Sequence record: SRR31156797_201
Length of the DNA: 64,000 nt
Strand: one strand, 5' to 3'
Shown here: in pieces, positions 38,699 through 48,124 of the stretch
Numbering within the stretch: position 1 is the stretch's first letter
Layout of the letters: every line of letters begins with the position of its first letter
The notes under the pieces: model-generated
The model's database searches: none
Seen by the model: only the letters and a program-made list of their open reading frames with translations
What the model was told of the DNA's origin: nothing
Made by a program: the position numbers and the translations under genes

Positions 38699-39850
38699 AT
38701 GAAGATCGGAATAGAAGGACAACGACTTTTTAGAACCAAGAAACATGGTATGGATATGGTTGCTTTGGAGTTGATAAAAAACCTTCAGGAAATTGATAAG
38801 GAAAACGAATATGTAATCTTTGTTAAGCCTGACGAAGACAAATGCTTAAGCGATACTGAGAATTTTAAAATTGTTGAACTGGGCGGTGGTCCTTATCCTT
38901 TATGGGAACAATGGGCGTTACCAAGAGCAGCAAAGAAATATGGATGCGATGTTTTGCATTGTACCAGCAATACAGCCCCTGTATTTTCAAAAACACCATT
39001 GGTTCTTATTTTACATGATATCATATACCTTGAAAGTATAAGTATTTTTAAGAAAGCAGGAACCTGGTATCAAAAACTGGGTAATATGTATCGTCGTTGG
39101 GTTGTTCCGCCGGTTGTAAAAAGAAGTAAAAAAGTAGTAACGGTTTCCAATTACGAGAAGGAACGAATTGCTAAGTTTTTTGATATGGATAGCAGCCGAT
39201 TGTCGGCGATTTACAATGGAGTAGGACCTCATTTTCAGAAAATATCCGATCAGAATTATTTAAAAGAAATCAAAAATAAATACAATTTGCCGGATCACTT
39301 TATGTTCTTTTTAGGTAATACAGATCCTAAGAAAAACACAATTGGTGTTTTAAAAGCTTTCGCTGATTTTAATGCTCAATCGGAAAAACAATACAAGTTG
39401 GTAATGTTGGATTACGACGAAGGAGCTTTACAAAGTTTACTTGCTGAAATAGGTCATCCTGAAATTCGTGAACACATTCAATTAACCGGATATGTTCCAA
39501 ACATAGAAATGCCAGCAATTATTAATCAATGTGCAGTCTTTTTGTATCCATCGTTGCGCGAGAGTTTTGGTATTCCAATTTTGGAAGGAATGGCTTGCGG
39601 TGTTCCGGTAATTACATCAAACACATCATCGATGCCTGAGATTGCAGAAGATGCAGCTCATATTGTTGATCCTCATAAACCAGAACAAATTACAGAGGGA
39701 ATTGTTAAGATTTTAGCAGACGAGAACTATCGAAATTTATTAGTGGAGAAGGGATTGGAGAGGTCGAAATATTTTTCGTGGAAACGTATGGCAGAAGAAA
39801 ACCTGAAATTATACGCAGAACTTCAAACACCTAAAAATTCACAATCATGA
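38699..39850 (+). CDS. Glycosyltransferase family 4 (GT-B)
   Basis: LHD, KKN, YPSLRESFGIPILEGMACGVPV and FSW. Confidence 0.9.
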   Translation: MKIGIEGQRLFRTKKHGMDMVALELIKNLQEIDKENEYVIFVKPDEDKCLSDTENFKIVELGGGPYPLWEQWALPRAAKKYGCDVLHCTSNTAPVFSKTPLVLILHDIIYLESISIFKKAGTWYQKLGNMYRRWVVPPVVKRSKKVVTVSNYEKERIAKFFDMDSSRLSAIYNGVGPHFQKISDQNYLKEIKNKYNLPDHFMFFLGNTDPKKNTIGVLKAFADFNAQSEKQYKLVMLDYDEGALQSLLAEIGHPEIREHIQLTGYVPNIEMPAIINQCAVFLYPSLRESFGIPILEGMACGVPVITSNTSSMPEIAEDAAHIVDPHKPEQITEGIVKILADENYRNLLVEKGLERSKYFSWKRMAEENLKLYAELQTPKNSQS

Positions 39851-41061
39851 TAGAAGGTAAAAATATTGTAGTGGTTGGAATTCAACCATGGGATATCGAA
39901 ATAGGAAGTAATTGTAAAAATATAGCTACAGAATTCGCAAAAAAGAACAGAGTATTGTATGTGAATTCTCCACTTGATAGAGTTTCAAGGTTCAGGGAGC
40001 GAAAAACGGATAAAATACAGAAGCGAATAAGAGTAAAAAAGGGAGTAGATTCAAGTTTAGTTGAGATAAGTGAGAACTTATGGAACCTTTATCCTAAAAG
40101 TATGGTTGAATCCATCAATTCGATTAAATCAGCTACTGTTTTTGATTATTTGAACAAGCGAAATGCAAGAAAATTCGCCAATGATATTCAAAAAGCTTGT
40201 AAGGAATTGGGCTTCGATAATTTCATTCTATTTAATGATAGCTCGATGTTTTTGGGTCAGCATTTAAAGGAATACTTACAACCTTCAGCCTATGTATATT
40301 ACATGCGCGATTATCTGATAAAAAATCCATATTGGAAGAAACATGGAGTTAGATTGGAGCCAAAATTGATAGCAAAAGCTGATGTAGTGGTGTGCAATTC
40401 GACTTTGTATGCTGAATATGGAGCTAAATATAACAAACATTCCTACATGGTTGGTCAGGGCTGCGATACTACTCTTTTTAACGATTTGGAGCGCGATATT
40501 CAGGTAGCTCAAGATTTAGCTGCTATTCCAAAACCTATTATTGGATATGTTGGATTTCTTACCTCACGTAGGTTGGATATAGAAATCATATCTCACCTGG
40601 CAAAATCGCGTCCTAATTGGAGTATTGTATTGGTAGGTCCCGAGGATGAGAAATTTGCAGGATCGGAATTGCATCAGTTAATCAATGTGCATTTTTTAGG
40701 TAGCAGAGATTCATCGGAACTACCAAACTACATTAAAGGATTTGATGTAACCATGAACCCACAGCTGATTAATGATGCCACAATTGGAAATTATCCGCGA
40801 AAAATAGACGAATATCTGGCGATGGGAAAACCTGTGCTTGCTTCGGCTACTAAAGCTATGGAATACTTTAAGGATTATACTTATTTAGGTAAAACTCCTG
40901 AAGATTATGTGGAGTTAGCTGAAAAATCTCTATCGGAGAATAGTAAAGAACTGGAACTTGCACGAAGAGAATACGGAACGGGACATTCGTGGGAGAACAA
41001 TGTGAAAGAGATTTATAAGTTTCTTGAAGTAGTTGTAAAAGAAAAACAATTGACTTTATGA
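39847..41061 (+). CDS. GT-B glycosyltransferase (TuaH-like)
   Basis: PIIGYVG, LVGP, NVHFLG and PRKIDEYLAMGKPV. Confidence 0.85.
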   Translation: MIEGKNIVVVGIQPWDIEIGSNCKNIATEFAKKNRVLYVNSPLDRVSRFRERKTDKIQKRIRVKKGVDSSLVEISENLWNLYPKSMVESINSIKSATVFDYLNKRNARKFANDIQKACKELGFDNFILFNDSSMFLGQHLKEYLQPSAYVYYMRDYLIKNPYWKKHGVRLEPKLIAKADVVVCNSTLYAEYGAKYNKHSYMVGQGCDTTLFNDLERDIQVAQDLAAIPKPIIGYVGFLTSRRLDIEIISHLAKSRPNWSIVLVGPEDEKFAGSELHQLINVHFLGSRDSSELPNYIKGFDVTMNPQLINDATIGNYPRKIDEYLAMGKPVLASATKAMEYFKDYTYLGKTPEDYVELAEKSLSENSKELELARREYGTGHSWENNVKEIYKFLEVVVKEKQLTL

Positions 41062-41705
41062 GCGTATTAAATAAGATAAAAGGCAACCCTAAATTAAAGG
41101 CTTTTGTACTTTGGAGTATTGCACCAAAGCGAAATCCAAAACCTCGTTTATGGGTTCGATGGTTTCTAAATCCGTTTATTCATAAGAAAGGAAAAGGTGC
41201 TACAATTAGGCGAAGAAGTAGAATTGATGTATTTCCCTGGAATCGATTTGAAATAGGAAAACTAACAACAATCGAAGATTTCTGTACTGTGAATAATGGC
41301 TCAGGTCATGTTTTACTTGGCGATAGAGTTAGAATAGGGATTGGGAGCGTTGTAATTGGACCTGTAGAGATGGGAAGTGGCTCTGGATTAGGACAACATG
41401 TTTTCATTTCAGGATTTAATCATGGATATGAGGATGGGAGCAAAAATTCCAGTGTTCAGGAACTGGATATCAAACCAACTAAAATTGGTGAAGACTCGCA
41501 TATAGGTGCAAATTCGGTTGTGTTAGCGGGAGTTAAGATTGGTAAGCGTTGTCAGATTGGAGCAGGAAGTGTCGTTACCAAAGATATTCCTGATTTTTCG
41601 GTAGCTGTTGGGAATCCTGCAAAAGTGATCAAACAATTTAATCCTGATTCTAATAAATGGGAAAAAATTACTTCTCAGAAAGAAACTAAACAATCAACCT
41701 TATAG
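41058..41705 (+). CDS. Hexapeptide-repeat (LbH) O-acyltransferase
   Basis: IGEDSHIGANSVVLAGVKIGKRCQIGAGSVVTKDIP...GNPAK. Confidence 0.9.
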   Translation: MSVLNKIKGNPKLKAFVLWSIAPKRNPKPRLWVRWFLNPFIHKKGKGATIRRRSRIDVFPWNRFEIGKLTTIEDFCTVNNGSGHVLLGDRVRIGIGSVVIGPVEMGSGSGLGQHVFISGFNHGYEDGSKNSSVQELDIKPTKIGEDSHIGANSVVLAGVKIGKRCQIGAGSVVTKDIPDFSVAVGNPAKVIKQFNPDSNKWEKITSQKETKQSTL

Positions 41706-41745
41706 AAGGTAAAACAGAACTCAAAATCATAAAACTACTTGACTT

Positions 41746-42933
41746 ATGAAATATATAGAAATAACATTTTGGATTGCTCTTTTTATTATTTTTTATTCGT
41801 ATTTGGGATATGGTATTTTACTTTTCCTTATCATTAAATTAAGGCGACTGTTTGGTTTGTCGAAAGCTTATGAAGGCAATGATGATTATCAGCCTGAAGT
41901 TACACTGTTCGTAGCTGCTTTTAACGAAAAGGATTATGTAGATGAAAAGGTGAAAAATTCTCGCAGTTTAAATTATCCAACCAACAAAGTAAAGCAGGTT
42001 TGGGTTACCGATGGTTCGGATGATGGAACTCCTGAAATGTTAAGGAATTATGATGGTGTTGAAGTTTATCATGAAGATGCACGGGGTGGAAAGATTGGAG
42101 CTATGAATCGTGGAATGCAGTTTGTAAAAACGCCAATTGTTATTTTTTCGGATGGAAATACAACATTAGGAGAAGATTCCATACAGGAAATAGTCAATCT
42201 ATTTAAGAATCCAAAAGTTGGCTGTGTTTCGGGAGAAAAAAGAATTTACCAAAAAGATGCCGACGCTGCAGCCGGTGCCGGTGAAGGTTTGTATTGGAAA
42301 TATGAATCGACTTTAAAGAAATGGGATGCTGAATGGTATTCGGTTGTTGGTGCAGCTGGTGAGTTGTTTGCCATTAGAACCGAATTGTGGCAGGAAGTTG
42401 AGAAAGACACTTTACTTGATGACTTTATCATTTCTCTACGTGTTGCTATGTCTGGATATACCATTCAATACAATCCTAATGCTTATGCCATTGAAACAGC
42501 TTCGGCAAATGTAAAGGAAGAGTTGAAACGTAAGGTTAGAATTTCGGCTGGAGGAATTCAATCAGTTGTAAGATTAAGTCCTTTATTAAATCTCTTTAAA
42601 TTTGGACGATTATCCTTTCAGTACATTTCGCATCGTGTTTTACGATGGACTTTAACACCTCTGTTATTGCTATTTATTATTCCTTTGAATTTTGTTTTGG
42701 CGTATAATTCAGGAATGAATCCAACGAATATTTATACTCTGTTATTCTGCGGGCAAATGGTTTTTTATGCAGCAGCATTAATTGGTTGGTTTTTGGAGAA
42801 TCGTAGAATTAAGGTAAAGGCTCTGTTTGTTCCCTATTATTTCTTTATTATGAATTTGTCAGTTTATCTTGGCTTTCGAAGATATATTAAGGGCAATCAA
42901 TCTGTTAAGTGGGAGAGAGCTAAAAGAGGTTAG
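41746..42933 (+). CDS. Membrane-bound GT2 (PgaC/IcaA-like)
   Basis: N-terminal TM; VAAFNE, DGSDDGT, GKIGAMN, SDGN, LLDD and RKVRI; C-terminal TMs. Confidence 0.87.
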   Translation: MKYIEITFWIALFIIFYSYLGYGILLFLIIKLRRLFGLSKAYEGNDDYQPEVTLFVAAFNEKDYVDEKVKNSRSLNYPTNKVKQVWVTDGSDDGTPEMLRNYDGVEVYHEDARGGKIGAMNRGMQFVKTPIVIFSDGNTTLGEDSIQEIVNLFKNPKVGCVSGEKRIYQKDADAAAGAGEGLYWKYESTLKKWDAEWYSVVGAAGELFAIRTELWQEVEKDTLLDDFIISLRVAMSGYTIQYNPNAYAIETASANVKEELKRKVRISAGGIQSVVRLSPLLNLFKFGRLSFQYISHRVLRWTLTPLLLLFIIPLNFVLAYNSGMNPTNIYTLLFCGQMVFYAAALIGWFLENRRIKVKALFVPYYFFIMNLSVYLGFRRYIKGNQSVKWERAKRG

Positions 42934-43000
42934 TTTATTCTAGTTATGATATAAACATCTCTATTTTCATTTATCAATCAGATAAATTGAATGATACAGA

Positions 43001-43026
43001 AAAAGGAACGAATATTCGTTCCTTTT
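43001..43026. terminator. Bidirectional terminator between the EPS operon and the REC-HK gene
   Basis: Perfect 26-bp palindrome AAAAGGAACGAATATTCGTTCCTTTT. Confidence 0.85.
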
Positions 43027-43052
43027 GTGCTTTATGTAGATTACGTAAAAGG

Positions 43053-44180
43053 TTAATTTTTACTTACAGGTAATTGTATGATAAATTTACTTCCTTCTCC
43101 TAGTGTGCTTTCAACCAGTAATCGACCATTCATCTGAACAACAAAACTGTTGGCAACCTTAAGTCCTAAACCACTTCCTGATTCACCATTAGTTCCATAG
43201 GTTGAAAGATGTTCTTTTTCATTGAAGAGTTTTGGAAGGTCTTCTTCAGGTATTCCAATTCCCGAATCTGTGATTGTAATTTTAATTTCTCCGTTCTGAG
43301 TTTCTGCTTTTATACTAATTTCACCACCATCTGGTGTAAATTTAATGGCATTGGAAATGATGTTTTTCATGGTCATCTTCAACATGTAAGCATCGGTCTG
43401 AAGGTTGAGGTTTTCAGGAATATCGGGTGTGAAACTCAAATTTTTCATTGCAAGATTTCCCTTGAACATGAAATAGGTACTTTCAATTAAGTTTTCAATA
43501 GGTATATCTTCAGGAGTATATTTTAAAATGCCACTTTGAGATTTAGCCCAGCCTAAAAGGTTTTCTAACAGTTCATAAACCTCTTCGCTCGATTGTACTA
43601 GAGTTCCCATTGTATCCTTGTAATCATCACTATTAAACTCAAATAAGCCTTTCGAGAGCAATTCAAGTGTCATTTTTATATTACCTAACGGACCTCTAAG
43701 ATCATGACCAATTACAGAAAACATTTTATCTTTAAGTTCGTTAAGTTCACTTAAGTGGTTGGTTGTTTTTTGGAGTTCATCACGGGTGAATTTTAACTCT
43801 AAATGAGTTTTTATTCTAATGATTAGTTCTTCTTTATTGAATGGTTTAGTGATGTAATCAACTCCTCCCAATTCAAAACCTTTTACAATTTTTGATTTTT
43901 CACCAACAGCAGTTAAGAATATGATAGGTAGGTTTTCGTTCTTTTTATCTGATTTTAATATTTTACATACTTCGAACCCATCCATTTCTGGCATCATTAC
44001 GTCTAATAAAATTAAATCGGGTTGAGTTCGTTCAACCAAATCAATGGCATCTTTACCATTGGTTGCAATTACGATTTTAAAATTTAATTCGCGTAAAGTA
44101 AGTGCAACAATTTTAAGATTATTAGGATTATCATCAACTACTAATACAGTTGGTGTATTTCCGGGAATATTTATTTCCAT
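43053..44180 (-). CDS. REC-HisKA-HATPase hybrid kinase (N-terminal receiver, no sensor domain)
   Basis: VVDD, LLDVMMP, LTA and KPF; GHDLRGPL, NAIKFT, DSGIGI and GSGLGL. Confidence 0.92.
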   Translation of the reverse strand: MEINIPGNTPTVLVVDDNPNNLKIVALTLRELNFKIVIATNGKDAIDLVERTQPDLILLDVMMPEMDGFEVCKILKSDKKNENLPIIFLTAVGEKSKIVKGFELGGVDYITKPFNKEELIIRIKTHLELKFTRDELQKTTNHLSELNELKDKMFSVIGHDLRGPLGNIKMTLELLSKGLFEFNSDDYKDTMGTLVQSSEEVYELLENLLGWAKSQSGILKYTPEDIPIENLIESTYFMFKGNLAMKNLSFTPDIPENLNLQTDAYMLKMTMKNIISNAIKFTPDGGEISIKAETQNGEIKITITDSGIGIPEEDLPKLFNEKEHLSTYGTNGESGSGLGLKVANSFVVQMNGRLLVESTLGEGSKFIIQLPVSKN

Positions 44181-44414
44181 ATTCTTTTCTCGTAATTAAA
44201 ATAGAGTTTTTGGATACTACTAGTCTTGTTAACGAAATTAGATACGGAAAAACTCTTTCGAGGGTTAGATTTTTTAAGACTTTATTTTAAATAAATTAAA
44301 TCAAATGTAGAACTATGTTTGCTATCTTTCGTATTAATAATTTCATACTTAAACTGTTTGCATTTAACGTGTGATTTTAAAATATTGCTTACTACTTAAA
44401 ATAGACATCTGCTT

Positions 44415-44957
44415 ATGAAAGGATTGGTTTTTTGTGAATTTCTCGAAATGGTTGAAAAGGAATTCGGATACGAAATGGTTGATGAAATTATAGAAAAATC
44501 AAATTTACCTAGCAAAGGAATTTATACATCAGTTGGAACATATTCCCATGAAGAAATGTTTACTCTGGTTATGAATCTAAGTGATAAAACCAATATACCT
44601 GTATCAAAATTGTTTTATACGTATGGAGTGTATGTTTTTGGTGTATTTGGTAAGGCCTATAAAGAATTAATAGCTGGGCACACTGATGCTTTTCAGTTTT
44701 TATGCAGAGTGGAAGATACAATTCATGTACAAGTTTTAAAACTATATCCAGAAGCAGAATTGCCAAAAATTGCCACTAAGATACTTTCTAATAGTAAGAT
44801 GGAGATGATTTATACATCGCAAAGAAGAATGGCAGATTTTGCTGAAGGTTTAATTCAAGGATGCTTAAATCATTTTAAGGAAAAGGCAATTATTAGTAAA
44901 GAGATTCTTGTAGAGGATCAAACTCAAGTATTGTTTACAATTGAAAGAACCGTATGA
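44415..44957 (+). CDS. Stand-alone H-NOX (heme NO/O2-binding) protein
   Basis: MKG start, proximal His104 (TIHVQV), Pro117 and the YxSxR heme motif (Y133-S135-R137). Confidence 0.93.
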   Translation: MKGLVFCEFLEMVEKEFGYEMVDEIIEKSNLPSKGIYTSVGTYSHEEMFTLVMNLSDKTNIPVSKLFYTYGVYVFGVFGKAYKELIAGHTDAFQFLCRVEDTIHVQVLKLYPEAELPKIATKILSNSKMEMIYTSQRRMADFAEGLIQGCLNHFKEKAIISKEILVEDQTQVLFTIERTV

Positions 44958-47923
44958 GCAAGGAATTTGAATTGATAAAAAGAAAGCTTGGAAGAGAAAA
45001 AGAGGCTCGTAAGCAAGCAGAAAAACTTTTGGAAGAAAAATCGTTGGAGCTTTATGAATCAAACCAGCAACTGAAAAGTTTGAATAATAATTTGGAAGAT
45101 CTTGTTGAAGAGAGAACTCAAAAGCTTTTAGAAACTGAGCAGGAATATTTTACTTTAGTTGAAAGCATTACAGATATAATATGTAAAGTTAATCTTCGAG
45201 GACAAATTATATTTGTAAATCAGATTGCCAGTGAAATAATGGGACAATCGAAACAGAAATTACTTGGGAAAAATGTATTGAGTTTTGTTCCAATCGAATA
45301 TCGAAGAAAGATATTTAAATATTTCGCTCGTCAGTTTTTAAAGAATAAATGTATTAGCTATTTTGAATTGCCAATTCTTACCAGAAACGATACAATATTA
45401 TGGGTTAGAGTAAATGTGCAGTTCACAGAGGATAAATGCAAAGATTGCGAGTTAAAAAGGTGTTTTTTAGCTGGAGTAATGGATGAGGTAACCTCCCAAA
45501 ATAATTGTAATTTCAAAGAAATTATTATTGTTGCTCACAATATTACCGAAAGAAAGAAAAATGAATTTGAAATTGCACGAAACTTAAATCAACAAGAAAT
45601 TTTAACTGAAATATCGGTAAATTACAATTCCCTTGATGATTTTGAGAGTAGTACAAATGAAACCGTTCGTATAATTGGTGAACATACAGGTGTTAGTAGG
45701 GTTTATATTTTCGAGAATAGTATCGATGGAAAAATAACTAGCAACACTTATGAATGGTGTAATAAGGGAATAGAATCTAAAAAGGAAGAATTACAGAGTA
45801 TTCCATATGCTAGTATTCCTTCATGGAAAAAGTTATTGGAAGAGGAAGGTCTTATTTATTCGGAAACTATTGTTGATTTGCCTGATGATTTAAGAGTAAT
45901 TCTTGAACCACAAGGAATAAGGTCAATAATTGTTTTGCCATTAGTAATCTCAGGTAAAATGTTTGGTTTTATTGGCTTCGATGAATGCAATTCCAATCAT
46001 CCTTGGTCAAAATCAGAGATTGAATTACTAAGAACGATTAGTAGTATTATTTCCACCGCATTTTTGAGAAATCAAATTCAAACAAACCTTATTCTTAGTG
46101 AAAGAGAAAATCGTGGTATCATCAACTCAATTCCTGATGAAATTTTAAGATTAAGACGCGATGGAGAAGTAATTGCATTTCAATCAAAGTGTGAAGAAAG
46201 TTTATTTGAAAAGTTAAAAAATAAGGATGTAAATTCTATATGTGATGTCTTGAACGATGAATTGAGTAATTCATTTATTTCTGCAATTGAAGAGTGCCTT
46301 GTAAAAGGAGATTTCATGTTTAATTTTAGCAGTTTTAATCGGGATAAGATGTTGTACTCGGAGGCACGATTTGTTAAATTGAACTCGAAAGAAGTACTTG
46401 TGATAGTTAGGAATGTTACTGATTTAAAGGAGAAAGAAAAACAACTTCAGGTAGAAAAAAATAAGGCTGAACAGGCATCAAAAGCAAAATCGGAATTTCT
46501 AGCGAATGTATCTCATGAAATTCGAACTCCAATGAATGCGATTCTTGGCTTTAGTGAATGGTTGCATTCTAATGTCGAAAATCCTCAGCACAAGAATTAC
46601 CTACATACCATTTTAACTAGTGGAAGGAATTTATTAGCCTTGATTAATGATATTCTTGATCTGTCTAAAATTGAGTCAGGTAAAATGAATATTGAGTTGG
46701 AACCAATGCAATGCAAAATTGTAATCAATCAAATTAAACAGGTTTTTAAGCAGAAATTAGAGGTAAACAATTTAGCTTTTAATATAACGGTCGATAGTTC
46801 GGTACCTCAATACATCTATATGGATGAGGTGCGTTTTTACCAAATTCTATTTAATCTGGTAGGTAACTCCATTAAGTTCACCTCTAAAGGATACATTCAT
46901 GTTTCGGTTTCGGCAGTTAAGACTAGCGACCCTAATGCGATTAATTTATTTGTTAATGTAGAAGATACTGGAATTGGAATAAAGGAAGATCAACAAGAAA
47001 ATGTTTTTAAAGCTTTTACGCAGCAAAGTGGACAGAGTAATAGATATTACGAAGGAACCGGCTTAGGCTTAACGATTGTTGGAGGCTTACTTAAAAAGTT
47101 AAATGGAGAAATTAGTTTACAAAGTGAAGTTGGTCGTGGTTCTAAATTCACAATCAATTTTAAGGATGTAAAAATTGCAGAGATTTCAGCAGAGGAAGAT
47201 CAGCAAACAAAAGAATTGAATAATTTTACATTGGAGCCTTGTAAAATTCTAATAGTAGATGATTTAAAATTCAATATTTTGGTTTTGAAGAGAATTATAG
47301 AATTCAAAAATGTTACTTTCTTCGAAGCTGAGAATGGTGAGCAGGCTATTGAAATGATGGAAACTGAGCAACCGGATATTGTTTTTATGGATATCCGTAT
47401 GCCAGGGATGAATGGTTATGATGCAACTGAAGTGATAAAAAATAATGAAGATTGGAAGGATATTCCTGTAGTTGCCTTTACTGCATCAATTATGAATGAT
47501 GAACTGGATAGAATTCATGCTTTGTTCGATGAATATCTTCAAAAACCAGTTTTCAGAAAAGATGTATTTGGTGTACTTAAGCGCTTTTTGCCTTATCGAT
47601 ATATGGATGAAGTAGAAGCAGAAGTTGTAAAAGAGGAGGTGAAGCTCTCAGGAGAATGCATTGCTGTTTTACCGGAGGTAATATCCAATTTGGAAGATGA
47701 TTTTTTACCTGAATGGACTAAAATTAAGGACGATTTAATTATTTATGAAATCGAAAATTTTAGTAAAAATTTATCTGCATTTGCATTTAAGAAATCATGT
47801 GGAGTTTTAGATGAATATTGCAAGGAATTGGATATGGCCATTCAATCTTTTGATATTGAATTGATAGAAAAGCAACTTAGTGGTTTCGATATGGTAATTT
47901 CTGATTTAAAAACATATTTGTAA
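44954..47923 (+). CDS. H-NOX-associated hybrid histidine kinase (coiled coil-PAS-GAF-PAS-like-HisKA-HATPase-REC)
   Basis: ATGA overlap with the H-NOX gene; GAF (VSRVYIF, YEWC, GFIGFDEC); SHEIRTPMNA; GTGLGL; REC with VDD, FMD, TA and KP. Confidence 0.93.
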   Translation: MSKEFELIKRKLGREKEARKQAEKLLEEKSLELYESNQQLKSLNNNLEDLVEERTQKLLETEQEYFTLVESITDIICKVNLRGQIIFVNQIASEIMGQSKQKLLGKNVLSFVPIEYRRKIFKYFARQFLKNKCISYFELPILTRNDTILWVRVNVQFTEDKCKDCELKRCFLAGVMDEVTSQNNCNFKEIIIVAHNITERKKNEFEIARNLNQQEILTEISVNYNSLDDFESSTNETVRIIGEHTGVSRVYIFENSIDGKITSNTYEWCNKGIESKKEELQSIPYASIPSWKKLLEEEGLIYSETIVDLPDDLRVILEPQGIRSIIVLPLVISGKMFGFIGFDECNSNHPWSKSEIELLRTISSIISTAFLRNQIQTNLILSERENRGIINSIPDEILRLRRDGEVIAFQSKCEESLFEKLKNKDVNSICDVLNDELSNSFISAIEECLVKGDFMFNFSSFNRDKMLYSEARFVKLNSKEVLVIVRNVTDLKEKEKQLQVEKNKAEQASKAKSEFLANVSHEIRTPMNAILGFSEWLHSNVENPQHKNYLHTILTSGRNLLALINDILDLSKIESGKMNIELEPMQCKIVINQIKQVFKQKLEVNNLAFNITVDSSVPQYIYMDEVRFYQILFNLVGNSIKFTSKGYIHVSVSAVKTSDPNAINLFVNVEDTGIGIKEDQQENVFKAFTQQSGQSNRYYEGTGLGLTIVGGLLKKLNGEISLQSEVGRGSKFTINFKDVKIAEISAEEDQQTKELNNFTLEPCKILIVDDLKFNILVLKRIIEFKNVTFFEAENGEQAIEMMETEQPDIVFMDIRMPGMNGYDATEVIKNNEDWKDIPVVAFTASIMNDELDRIHALFDEYLQKPVFRKDVFGVLKRFLPYRYMDEVEAEVVKEEVKLSGECIAVLPEVISNLEDDFLPEWTKIKDDLIIYEIENFSKNLSAFAFKKSCGVLDEYCKELDMAIQSFDIELIEKQLSGFDMVISDLKTYL

Positions 47924-47943
47924 TTATTAATTCCCAATAATTT

Positions 47944-47979
47944 AAAAAGCTCGTAACAATAACTGTTACGAGCTTTTTT
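47944..47979 (+). terminator. Intrinsic terminator
   Basis: AAAAAGCTCGTAACA-ataac-TGTTACGAGCTTTTTT. Confidence 0.88.
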
Positions 47980-48124
47980 GTTTATGATTGAATATTGATG
48001 AATCCTTTGTTAAAAAAAGTACAAGATTACCCTTATTTTATCCATTTATTACTTTCTAAACACTCCTTAATTTTGTCTTGTAAATAATCTTAAAGAGCTA
48101 TTAACTTCTTTTAAATAGATAATT

